This document shows, piece by piece, positions 8,338 to 22,300 of a DNA stretch of 64,000 bases (its first letter is position 1; each line of letters begins with the position of its first letter). Source of the stretch: Eledone cirrhosa (Eukaryota); contig OZ024742.1 of assembly GCA_964016885.1 (NCBI GenBank), positions 218,488,001-218,552,000 of the forward strand, read 5' to 3'. The translations under genes were made by a program, and so were the position numbers. The notes below the pieces were generated by a model. That model searched no databases. It saw nothing but the letters and a program-made list of their open reading frames with translations, and had not been told where the DNA came from.

Positions 8338-11300
8338 GAATATTCATTGTCAGAAAAGAAGGAGGTCTAACACCATTCTAATACCATTTCTCAATGTGTT
8401 GTTCAAATTACATTCTGTATGTGTTGTTGACTCCATTTCTACATGTGTTGTTGACTCTATTTCTACATGTGTTGTTGACTACATTTCTACCTGTGTTGTT
8501 GACTACATTTCTACATGTGTTGTTGACTCCATTTCTACATGTGTTGTTGACTCTATTTCTACATGTGTTGTTGACTCTATTTCTACGTGTTGTTGACTCC
8601 ATTTCTACATGTGTTGTTGACTACATTTCTACATGTGTTGTTGGCTATATTTCTACATGTGTTGTTGACTACATTTCCACATGTGTTGTTGACTACATTT
8701 CTACATGTGTTGTTCACTACATTTCTACATGTGTTGTTGATTCCATTTCTACTTGTGTTGTTGAGTCCTTTCCTACATGTGTTGTTGACTCCATTTCTAT
8801 ATGTGTTATTGACTATATTTCTACATGTATTGTTGACTCCATTTTTACATGTGTTGTTGACTCCATTTCTACATGTGTTGTTGACTTCATTTCTACATGT
8901 GATGTTGACTCCATTTCTATATATGTTGTTGACTCCATTTCTACAAGTGTTGTTAACTCTATTTCTACATATGTTGTTGACTCCATTTATATATGTGTTG
9001 TTGACTACATTTCTACATGTGTTGTAAACTCCATTTCTACATGTGTTGTTGACTACATTTCTACATGTGGTGTTGACTCTATTTCTACATGTGTTTTTGA
9101 CTACATTTCTACATGTGTTGTTGACTCCGTTTCTACATGTGATGTTGACTCCATTTCTACATGTGTTGTTGACTCCATTTCTACATGTGTTGTTGACTAC
9201 ATGTCTACATGTGATGTTGACTCCATTTCTACATGTGTTGTTGACTCCATTTCTACATGTGTTGTTGACTACATTTCTACATGTGATGTTGACTCCATTT
9301 CTTTATATGTTGTTGACTCCATTTCCACATGTGTTGTTGATTACATTTCTACATGTGTTGTTGACTACATTTCCACATGTGTTGTTGACTACATTTCTAC
9401 ATGTGTTGTTGACTACATTTCTACATGTGTTGTTGACTACATTTCTAGATGTGTTGTTGGCAAGATTTCTATATGTAATGTTGACTACATTTCTACATGT
9501 GTTGTTGACTCCATTTCTACATGTGTTGTTGACTACAATTCTACATGTGTTGTTGACTACATTTCTACATGTGTTGGTGACTCCATTTCTACATGTGTTG
9601 GTGACTCCATTTCTACATGTGTTGTTGACTCCATTTTTAGATGTGTTGTTGACTATATTTCTACATGTGTTGTTGATTCGATTTCTACATGTGTTGTTGA
9701 CTCCATTTCTACATGTGTTGTCGACTACATTTCTACATGTGTTGTTGACTACATTTCTACATGTTTTGTCGACTACATTTCTACATGTGTTGTTGACTAC
9801 ATTTCTACGTGTGTTGTTGACTACATTTCTACATGTATTGTTGACTACATTTCTATATATGTTGTTGACTCCATTTCTACATGTGATGTTGACTACATTT
9901 CTACATGTGTTGTTGACTACATTTCTAAATGTGTTGTTGACTCCAGTTCTACATGTGTTGTTGACTACATTTCTACATGTGTTGTTGACTCCATTTCTAC
10001 CTGTGTTGTTGACTACATTTCTACATGTGTTGTTGACTCCATTTCTACATGTGTTGTTGACTCCTTTTCTACATGTGTTGTTGACTACATTTCTACATGT
10101 GTTGTTGCCTACATTTCTACATGTGTTGTTAACTACATTTCTACATGTGTTGTTGACTCCATTTCTACATGTGTTGTTGACTACATTTCTACATGTGTTG
10201 GTGACTCCATTTCTACATGTGTTGTTGACTCCATTTCTACATGTGTTGTTGACTCCATTTCTACATGTGTTGTTGACTACATTTCTCCATGTGATGTTGA
10301 CTCCATTTATATATGTGTTGTTGACTCCATTTCTACATGTGTTGTTGAGTACATTTCTACATGTGTTGTTGACTCCATTTCTACATGTGTTGTTGACTAC
10401 ATTTCTACATGTGATGTTGACTACATTTCTATATGTGTTGGTGAGTCCATGACTGCATGCGTTCTTGACTACATTTCTGTATATGTTGTTGACTACATTT
10501 CTACATGTGTTGTTGACTCCATTTCTACATGTGTTGTTGACTCCATTTTTACATGTGTTGTTGACTACATTTCTAAATGTGTTTTCGACTACATTTCTAC
10601 ATGTGTTGTTGACTACATTTCTACATGTTTTGTTGACTCTATTTCTACATGTGTTGTTGACTCCATTTCTACATGTGTTGTCGACTACATTTCTACATGT
10701 ATTGTTGACTACATTTCTACATGTGTTGTTGACTACATTTCTACATGTGTTGTTGACTCCATTTCTACATGTGTTGTTGACTACATTTATACATGTGTTG
10801 TTGACTCCATTTCTACATCTGTTGTTGACTACAATTCTACATGTGTTGTTGACTACATTTCTACATGTGTTGGTGACTCCATTTCTACATGTGTTGGTGA
10901 CTCCATTTCTACATGTGTTGTTGACTCCATTTCTAAATGTGTTGTTGACTCCATTTCTACATGTGTTGTTGACTACATTTCTACATGTGTTGTTGACTAC
11001 ATTTCTACATGTGTTGTTGACTCCATTTCTACATGTGTTGTTGACTCCATTTCTACATGTGTTGTTGACTACATTTCTACATGTGTTGTTGACTACATTT
11101 CTATATGTGTTGGTGAGTCCATGACTACATGCGTTCTTGACTACATTTCTAGATGTGTTGTTGACTCCATTTTTACATGTGTTGTTGACTATATTTCTAC
11201 ATGTGTTGTTGATTCGATTTCTACATGTGTTGTTGCCTCCATTTCTACATGTGTTGTTGACTCTATTTCTACATGTGTTGTTGACTCCATTTCTACATGT

Positions 11301-14300
11301 GTTGTCGACTACATTTCTACATGTGTTGTTGACTACATTTCTACATGTGTTGTTGACTACATTTCTACATGTGTTGTTGACTACATTTCTACATGTGTTG
11401 TTGACTCCATTTCTACATGTATTGTTGACTACATTTCTATATATGTTGTTGACTCCATTTCTACATGTGATGTTGACTACATTTCTACATGTGTAGTTGA
11501 CTCCATTTCTACCTGTGTTGTTGACTACATTTCTACATGTGTTGTTGACTCCATTTCTGCATGTGTTGTTGACTCCTTTTCTACATGTGTTGTTGACTAC
11601 ATTTCTACATGTGTTGTTTACTACAATTCTACATGTGTTGCTGACTCCAGTTCTACATGTGTTGTTGACTCCAGTTCTACATGTGTTGTTGACTCCTTTT
11701 CTACATGTGTTGTTGACTCCATTTCTACATGTGTTGTTGACTACATTTCTAAATGTGTTGTTGACTCCATTTCTACATGTGTTGTTGACTCCATTTCTAC
11801 ATGTGTTCTTGACTCCATTTCTACATGTGTTGTTGACTACATTTCTAAATGTGATGTTGACTCCATTTCGACATATGTTGTTGACTCCATATCTACATGT
11901 GTTGTTGACTACAATTCTACATGTGTTGTTGACTCCATTTCTACATGTGTTGTTGACTACATTTCTACATGTGTTGTTGACTACATTTCTACATGTGTTG
12001 GTGAGTCCATGACTACATGCGTTGTTGAATGCATTTCCGTATATGTTGTTGACTCCGTTTTTACATGTGTTGTTGACTACATTTCTACATGTGTTGTTGA
12101 ATCCATTTCTACATGTGTTATTGACTCCATTTCTACATGTGTTGTTGACTCCATTTCTACATGTGTTGTTGACTCCATTTCTACATGTGTTGTTGACTAC
12201 ATTTCTAAATGTGATGTTGACTCCATTTCTATGTGTTGTTGACTCCATATCTACATGTGTTGTTGACTACAATTCTACATGTGTTGTTGACTCCATTTCT
12301 ACATGTGTTGTTGAATACATTTCTACATGTGTTGTTGACTACATTTCTACATGTGTTGGTGAGTCCATGACTACATGCGTTGTTGACTACATTTCCATAT
12401 ATGTTGTTGACTCCGTTTTTACATGTGTTGTTGACTACATTTCTACATGTGTTGTTGACTACATTTCTACATGTGTTGTTGACTCCATTTCTACATGTGT
12501 TGTTGACTCCATTTCTACATGTGTTGTTGACTACATTTCTACATGTGTTGTTGACTCGATTTTGACATGTGTTGTAGACTCCATTTCTACATGTGTTGTT
12601 GACTCTATTTCTACATGTGTTGTTGACTCCATTTCTACATGTATTGTTGACTAAATTTCTATATATGTTGTTGACTCCATTTCTACATGTGATGTTGAGT
12701 ACATTTCTACATGTGTTGTTGACTACATTTCTAAATGTGTTGTTGACTCCAGTTCTGCATGTGTGGTTGACTACATTTATACATGTGTTGTTGACTCCAT
12801 TTCTACCTGTGTTGTTGACTCCAGTTCTACATGTGTTGTTGACTCCATTTCTACATGAGTTGTTGACACCTTTTCTACATGTGTTGTTGACTCCATTTTT
12901 ACATGTGTTGTTGAGTCCATTTCTAAATGTGTTGTTGACTCCATTTCTACATGTGTTGTTGACTCCATTTCTACATGTGTTGTCGACTCTATTTCTAGAT
13001 GTGTTGTTGACTACATTTCTCCATGTGTTGTTGAGTCCATTTCTACATGTGTTGTTGACTACATTTCTACATGTGTTGTTGACTACATTTCTACATGTGT
13101 TGTTGACTCCATTTCTACATGTGTTGTTAACTCCATTTCTACATGTGTTTTTGACTACATTGACTACATTTCTACATGTGTTGTTGCCTCCATCTCTACA
13201 TGTGTTGTTGACTCCATTTCTACATATGTTGTTGACTCCATTTCTACATGTGTTGTTGACTCCATTTCTACATGTGTTGTTGACTACATTTCTATATGTG
13301 TTGTTGACTACATTTCTACATGTGTTGTTGACTCCATTTCTACATGTGTTGTTGACTACATTTCTAAATGTGTTTTTGACTACATTTCTACACGTGTTGT
13401 TGACTCCATTTCTACATGTGTTGTTGACTCCATTTCTACATGTGTTGTTGACTCCTTTTCTACATGTGTTGTTGACTACATTTCTACATGTGTTGTTGCC
13501 TACATTTCTACATGTGTTGTTAACTACATTTCTACATGTGTTGTTGACTCCATTTCCACATGTTTTGTTGACTACATTTCTACATGTGTTGTTGACTACA
13601 TTTCTACATCTGTTATTGACTACAATTCTACATGTGTTGTTGACTACATTTCTACATGTGTTGGTGACTCCATTTCTACATGTGTTGGTGATTCCATTTC
13701 TACATGTGTTGTTGACTCCATTTCTACATGTGTTGTTGACTCCATTTCTACATGTGTTGTTGACTACAGTTCTACATGTGATGTTGACTCCATTTCTATA
13801 TGTGTTGTTGACTCCATTTCTACATGTGATGTTGACTCCATTTCTACATGTGTTGTTGACTCCATTTCTGTATGTTTTGTTAACTACATTTCTACATGTG
13901 TTGTTAACTCCGTTTCTACATGTGTTGGTAACTCCATTTCTACATGTGATGTTGACTCCATTTCTATATGTGTTGTTGACTCCATTTCTACATGTGTTTT
14001 TGACTCCATTTCTACATGTGTTGTTGACTCCATTTCTACATGTTGTTGACTACATTTCTACATGTGTTGTTGACTCCATTTCTACATATGTTGTTGACTA
14101 CATTTCTACATGTGTTGTTGACTCCATTTCTACATGTGTTGTTGACTCCATTTCTACATGTGTTGTTGACTCCATTTCTCAATGTGTTGTTGACTCCATT
14201 TCTACATGTGTTGTTGACTCCATTTCTACATCTACATTTCTACATGTGTTGTTGACTACATTTCTACATTTGTTGTTGACTCCATTTCTACATGTGTTGT

Positions 14301-17300
14301 TGACTACATTTTTACATGTGTTGTTGACTCCATTTCTACATGTGTTGTTGACTCCATTTCTACATGTGTTGTTGACTACATTTCTACATGTGTTGTTGAC
14401 TCCATTTCTACATGTGTTGTTGACTACATTTCTACATGTGTTGTTAACTCCATTTCTACATGTGATGTTGACTCCATTTCTATATGTGTTGTTGACTCCA
14501 TTTCTACATGTGTTTTTGACTCCATTTCTACATGTGTTGTTGACTCCATTTCTACATGTTGTTGACTACATTTCTACATGTGTTGTTGACTCCATTTCTA
14601 CATATGTTGTTGACTACATTTCTACATGTGTTGTTGACTCCATTTCTACATGTGTTGTTGACTCCATTTCTACATGTGTTGTTGACTCCATTTCTCAATG
14701 TGTTGTTGACTCCATTTCTACATGTGTTGTTGACTCCATTTCTACATCTACATTTCTACATGTGTTGTTGACTACATTTCTACATTTGTTGTTGACTCCA
14801 TTTCTACATGTGTTGTTGACTACATTTTTACATGTGTTGTTGACTCCATTTCTACATGTGTTGTTGACTCCATTTCTACATGTGTTGTTGACTACATTTC
14901 TACATGTGTTGTTGACTCCATTTCTACATGTGTTGTTGACTACATTTCTACATGTGTTGTTAACTCCATTTCTACATGTGTATTTGACTACATTTCTACA
15001 TGTGTTGTTGACTCCATTTCTACATGTGTTGTTGACTACATTTCTACATGTGTTGTTGACTCCATTTCTACATATGTTGTTGACTACATTTCTACGTGTT
15101 GTTGAATCCATTTCGACATGTATTGTTGACTACATTTCTATATATGTTGTTGACTACATTTTTACATGTGTTGTTGACTACATTTCTACATGTGTTGTTG
15201 ACTCCATTTCTACCTGTGTTGTTGACTCCAGTTCTACATGTGTTGTTGACTCCATTTCTACATGTGTTGTTGACTCCATTTCTACATGTGTTGTTGACTC
15301 CATTTCTAAATGTGTTGTTGACTCCATTTCTACATGTGTTGTTGACTCCATTTCTACATGTGTTGTTGACTCCATTTCTACATATGTTGTTGACTACATT
15401 TCTAAATGTGATGTTGACTCCATTTCTACATATGTTGTTGACTCCATATCTACATGTGTTGTTGACTACAATTCTACATGTGTTGTTGACTCCATTTCTA
15501 CACGTGTTGTTGACTACATTTCTACATGTGTTGTTGACTACATTTCTACATGTGTTGGTGAGTCCATGACTACATGCGTTGTTGAATACATTTCCGTATA
15601 TGTTGTTGACTCCGTTTTTACATGTGTTGTTGACTACATTTCTACATGTGTTGTTGACTCCATTTCTACATGTGTTGTTGACTCCATTTCTACATGTGTT
15701 GTTGACTCCATTTCTACATGTGTTGTTGACTCCATTTCTACATGTGTTGTTGACTACATTTCTAAATGTGATGTTGACTCCATTTCTATATGTGTTGTTG
15801 ACTCCATATCTACATGTGTTGTTGACTACAATTCTACATGTGTTGTTGACTCCATTTCTACATGTGTTGTTGACTACATTTCTACATGTGTTGTTGACTA
15901 CATTTCTACATGTGTTTGTGAGTCCATGACTACATGCGTTGTTGACTACATTTCCATATATGTTGTTGACTCAGTTTTTACATGTGTTGTTGACTACATT
16001 TCTACATGTGTTGTTGACTACATTTCTACATGTGTTGTTGACTCCATTTCTACATGTGTTGTTGACTCCATTTCTAGATGTGTTGTTGACTACATTTCTA
16101 CATGTGTTGTTGACTCGATTTTTACATGTGTTGTAGACTCCATTTCTACATGTGTTGTTGACTCTATTTCTACATGTGTTGTTGATTCCATTTCTACATG
16201 TGTTGTTGACTACATTTCTACATGTGTTGTTGACTACATTTCTACATGTGTTGTTGACTACATTTCTACATGTGTTGTTGACTCCATTTCTACATGTGTT
16301 GTTGACTCCATTTCTACATGTGTTGTTGACTACATTTCTACATGTGTTGTTGACTCCATTTCTACATGTATTGTTGACTAAATTTCTATATATGTTGTTG
16401 ACTCCATTTCTACATGTGATGTTGAGTACATTTCTACATGTGTTGTTGACTACATTTCTAAATGTGTTGTTGACTCCAGTTCTGCATGTGTGGTTGACTA
16501 CATTTATACATGTGTTGTTGACTCCATTTCTACCTGTGTTGTTGACTCCAGTTCTACATGTGTTGTTGACTCCATTTCTACATGAGTTGTTGACTCCTTT
16601 TCTACATGTGTTGTTGACTCCATTTTTACATGTGTTGTTGAGTCCATTTCTAAATGTGTTGTTGACTCCATTTCTACATGTGTTGTTGACTCCATTTCTA
16701 CATGTGTTGTCGACTCTATTTCTAGATGTGTTGTTGACTACATTTCTCCATGTGTTGTTGAGTCCATTTCTACATGTGTTGTTGACTACATTTCTACATG
16801 TGTTGTTGACTACATTTCTACATGTGTTGTTGACTCCATTTCTACATGTGTTGTTAACTCCATTTCTACATGTGTTTTTGACTACATTGACTACATTTCT
16901 ACATGTGTTGTTGCCTCCATCTCTACATGTGTTGTTGAGTCCATTTCTACATATGTTGTTGACTCCATTTCTACATGTGTTGTTGACTCCATTTCTACAT
17001 GTGTTGTTGACTACATTTCTATATGTGTTGTTGACTACATTTCTACATGTGTTGTTGACTCCATTTCTACATGTGTTGTTGACTACATTTCTAAATGTGT
17101 TTTTGACTACATTTCTACACGTGTTGTTGACTCCATTTCTACATGTGTTGTTGACTCCATTTCTACATGTGTTGTTGACTCCTTTTCTACATGTGTTGTT
17201 GACTACATTTCTACATGTGTTGTTGCCTACATTTCTACATGTGTTGTTAACTACATTTCTACATGTGTTGTTGACTCCATTTCTACATGTTTTGTTGACT

Positions 17301-19390
17301 ACATTTCTACATGTGTTGTTGACTACATTTCTACATCTGTTATTGACTACAATTCTACATGTGTTGTTGACTACATTTCTACATGTGTTGGTGACTCCAT
17401 TTCTACATGTGTTGGTGACTCCATTTCTACATGTGTTGTTGACTCCATTTCTACATGTGTTGTTGACTCCATTTCTACATGTGTTGTTGACTACATTTCT
17501 ACATGTGATGTTGACTCCATTTGTATATGTGTTGTTGACTCCATTTCTACATGTGATGTTGACTCCATTTCTACATGTGTTGTTGACTCCATTTCTGTAT
17601 GTTTTGTTAACTACATTTCTACATGTGTTGTTAACTCCGTTTCTACATGTGTTGGTAACTCCATTTCTACATGTGATGTTGACTCCATTTCTATATGTGT
17701 TGTTGACTCCATTTCTACATGTGTTGTTGACTACATTTCTAAATGTGTTTTTGACTCCATTTCTACATGTGTTGTTGACTCCATTTCTACATGTTGTTGA
17801 CTACATTTCTACATGTGTTGTTGACTCCATTTCTACATATGTTGTTGAATACATTTCTACATGTGTTGTTGACTCCATTTCTACATGTGTTGTTGACTCC
17901 ATTTCTACATGTGTTGTTGACTCCATTTCTCAATGTGTTGTTGACTCCATTTCTACATGTGTTGTTGACTCCATTTCTACATCTACATTTCTACATGTGT
18001 TGTTGACTACATTTCTACATTTGTTGTTGACTCCATTTCTACATGTGTTGTTGAGTACATTTTTACATGTGTTGTTGACTCCATTTCTACATGTGTTGTT
18101 GACTACATTTCTACATGTGTTGTTGACTACATTTCTACATGTGTTGTTGACTCCATTTCTACATGTGTTGTTGACTACATTTCTACATGTGTTGTTAACT
18201 CCATTTCTACATGTGTATTTCACTACATTTCTACATGTGTTGTTGACTCCATTTCTACATGTGTTGTTGACTACATTTCTACATGTGTTGTTGACTCCAT
18301 TTCTACATATGTTGTTGACTACATTTCTACATGTGTTGTTGAATCCATTTCGACATGTATTGTTGACTACATTTCTATATATGTTGTTGACTACATTTTT
18401 ACTTGTGTTGTTGACTACATTTCTACATGTGTTGTTGACTCCATTTCTAACTGTGTTGTTGACTCCAGTTCTACATGTGTTGTTGACTCCATTTCTACAT
18501 GTGTTGTTGACTCCATTTCTACATGTGTTGTTGACTCCATTTCTAAATGTGTTGTTGACTCCATTTCTACATGTGTTGTTGACTCCATTTCTACATGTGT
18601 TGTTGACTACATTTCTACATATGTTGTTGACTACATTTCTAAATGTGATGTTGACTCCATTTCTACATATGTTGTTGACTCCATATCTACATGTGTTGTT
18701 GACTACAATTCTACATGTGTTGTTGACTCCATTTCTACACGTGCTGTTGACTACATTTCTACATGTGTTGTTGACTACATTTCTACATGTGTTGGTGAGT
18801 CCATGACTACATGCGTTGTTGAATACATTTCCGTATATGTTGTTGACTCCGTTTTTACATGTGTTGTTGACTACATTTCTACATGTGTTGTTGACTCCAT
18901 TTCTACATGTGTTGTTGACTCCATTTCTACATGTGTTGTTGACTCCATTTCTACATGTGTTGTTGACAACATTTCTAAATGTGATGTTGACTCCATTTCT
19001 ATATGTGTTGTTGACTCCATATCTACATGTGTTGTTGACTACAATTCTACATGTGTTGTTGACTCCATTTCTACATGTGTTGTTGACTACATTTCTACAT
19101 GTGTTGTTGACTACATTTCTACATGTGTTTGTGAGTCCATGACTACATGCGTTGTTGACTACATTTCCATATATGTTGTTGACTCAGTTTTTACATGTGT
19201 TGTTGACTACATTTCTACATGTGTTGTTGACTACATTTCTACATGTGTTGTTGACTCCATTTCTACATGTGTTGTTGACTCCATTTCTAGATGTGTTGTT
19301 GACTACATTTCTACATGTGTTGTTGACTCGATTTTTACATGTGTTGTAGACTCCATTTCTACATGTGTTGTTGACTCTATTTCTACATGT

Positions 19391-22300
19391 GTTGTTGATT
19401 CCATTTCTACATGTGTTGTTGACTACATTTCTACATGTGTTGTTGACTCCATTTCTACATGTGTTGTTGACTACATTTCTACATGTGTTGTTGACTCCAT
19501 TTCTACATATGTTGTTGACGACATTTCTACATGTGTTGTTGACTACATTTCTACATGTGTTGTTGACTCCATTTCTACATGTATTGTTGACTAAATTTCT
19601 ATATATGTTGTTGACTCCATTTCTACATGTGATGTTGAGTACATTTCTACATGTGTTGTTGACTACATTTCTAAATGTGTTGTTGACTCCAGTTCTGCAT
19701 GTGTGGTTGACTACATTTCTACATGTGTTGTTGACTCTATTTCTACCTGTGTTGTTGACTCCAGTTCTACATGTGTTGTTGACTCCATTTCTACATGTGT
19801 TGTTGACTCCTTTTCTACATGTGTTGTTGACTCCATTTTTACATGTGTTGTTGACTCCATTTCTAAATGTGTTGTTGACTCCATTTCTACATGTGTTGTT
19901 GACTCCATTTCTACATGTGTTGTCGACTCTATTTCTAGATGTGTTGTTGACTACATTTCTCCATGTGTTGTTGAGTCCATTTCTACATGTGTTGTTGACT
20001 ACATTCCTACATGTGTTGTTGACTACATTTCTACATGTGTTGTTGACTCCATTTCTACATGTGTTGTTAACTCCATTTCTACATGTGTTTTTGACTACAT
20101 TGACTACATTTCTACATGTGTTGTTGCCTCCATCTCTACATGTGTTGTTGACTCCATTTCTACATATGTTGTTGACTCCATTTCTACATGTGTTGTTGAC
20201 ACCATTTCTACATGTTTTCTTGACTACATTTCTACATGTGTTGTTGACTCCATTTCTACATGTGTTGTTGACTACATTTCTATATGTGTTGTTGACTACA
20301 TTTCTACATGTGTTGTTGACTCCATTTCTACATGTGTTGTTGACTACATTTCTAAATGTGTTTTTGACTACATTCCTACACGTGTTGTTGACTCCATTTC
20401 TACATGTGTTGTTGACTCCATTTCTACATGTGTTGTTGACTCCTCTTCTACATGTGTTGTTGACTACATTTCTACATGTGTTGTTGCCTACATTTTTATA
20501 TGTGTTGTTAACTACATTTCTACATGTGTTGTTGACTCCATTTCTACATGTGTTGTTGACTACATTTCTACATGTGTTGTTGACTACATTTCTACATCTG
20601 TTATTGACTACAATCCTACATGTGTTGTTGACTCCATTTCTACATGTGTTGGTGACTCCATTTCTACATGTGTTGGTGACTCCATTTCTACATGTGTTGT
20701 TGACTCCATTTCTACATGTGTTGTTGACTACATTTCTACATGTGATGTTGACTCCATTTCTATATGTGTTGTTGACTCCATTTCTACATGTGATGTTGAC
20801 TCCATTTGTACATGTGTTGTTGACTCCATTTCTGTATGGTTTCTTAACTACATTTCTACATGTGTTGTTAACTCCGTTTCTACATGTGTTGGTAACTCCA
20901 TTTCTACATGTGATGTTGACTCCATTTCTATGTGTTGTTGACTACATTTCTACATTTGTTGTTGACTACATTTCTACATGTGTTGTTGACTCCATTTCTA
21001 AATGTGTTGTTGACTCCATTTCTACATGTGTTGTTGACTCCATTTCTACATGTGTTGTTGACTCCATTTCTACATGTGTTGTTGACTACATTTCTACATG
21101 TGTTGTTGACTCCATTTCTACATGTGTTGTTGACTACATTTCTACATGTGTTGTTAACTCCATTTCTACATGTGTATTTGACTACATTTCTACATGTGTT
21201 GTTGACTCCATTTCTACATGTGTTGTTGACTACATTTCTACATGTGTTGTTGACTCCATTTCTACATATGTTGTTGACTACATTTCTACATGTGTTGTTG
21301 ACTCCATTTCTACATGTATTGTTGACTACATTTCTATATATGTTGTTGACTACATTTTTACATGTGTTGTTGACTACATTTCTACATGTGTTGTTGACTC
21401 CATTTCTACCTGTGTTGTTGACTCCAGTTCTACATGTGTTGTTGACTCCATTTCTACATGTGTGTTGACTCCTTTTCTACATGTGTTGTTGACTCCATTT
21501 CTACATGTGTCGTTGACTACATTTCTACATGTGTTGTTGACTCCATTTCTACCTGTGTTGTTGACTACATTTCTACATGTGTTGTTGACTCCATTTCTGC
21601 ATGTGTTGTTGACTCCTTTTCTACATGTGTTGTTGACTACATTTCTTCATGTGTTGTTAACTACAATTCTACATGTGTTGTTGACTCCAGTTCTACATGT
21701 GTTGTTGACTCCAGTTCTACATGTGTTGTTGACTCCTTTTCTACATGTGTTGTTGACTCCATTTCTACATGTGTTGTTGACTCCATTTCTAAATGTGTTG
21801 TTGACTCCATTTCTACATGAGTTGTTGACTCCATTTCTACATGTGTTGTTTACTCCATTTCTACATGTGTTGTTGACTACATTTCTAAATGTGATGTTGA
21901 CTCCATTTCTACATATGTTGTTGACTCCATATCTCCATGTGTTGTTGACTACAATTCTACATGTGTTGTTGACTCCATTTCTACATGTGTTGTTGACTAC
22001 ATTTCTACATGTGCTGTTGACTCCATTTCTACATGTGTTGTTGACGACATTTCTACATGTGTTGTTGACTCCATTTCTACATGTGTTGTTGACTACATTT
22101 CTAAATGTGATGTTGACTCCATTTCTATATGTGTTGTTGACTCCATATCTACATGTGTTGTTGACTACAATTCTACATGTGTTGTTGACTCCATTTCTAC
22201 ATGTGTTGTTGACTACATTTCTACATGTGTTGGTGAGTCCATGACTACATGCGTTGTTGACTACATTTCCATATATGTTGTTGACTCCGTTTTTACATGT

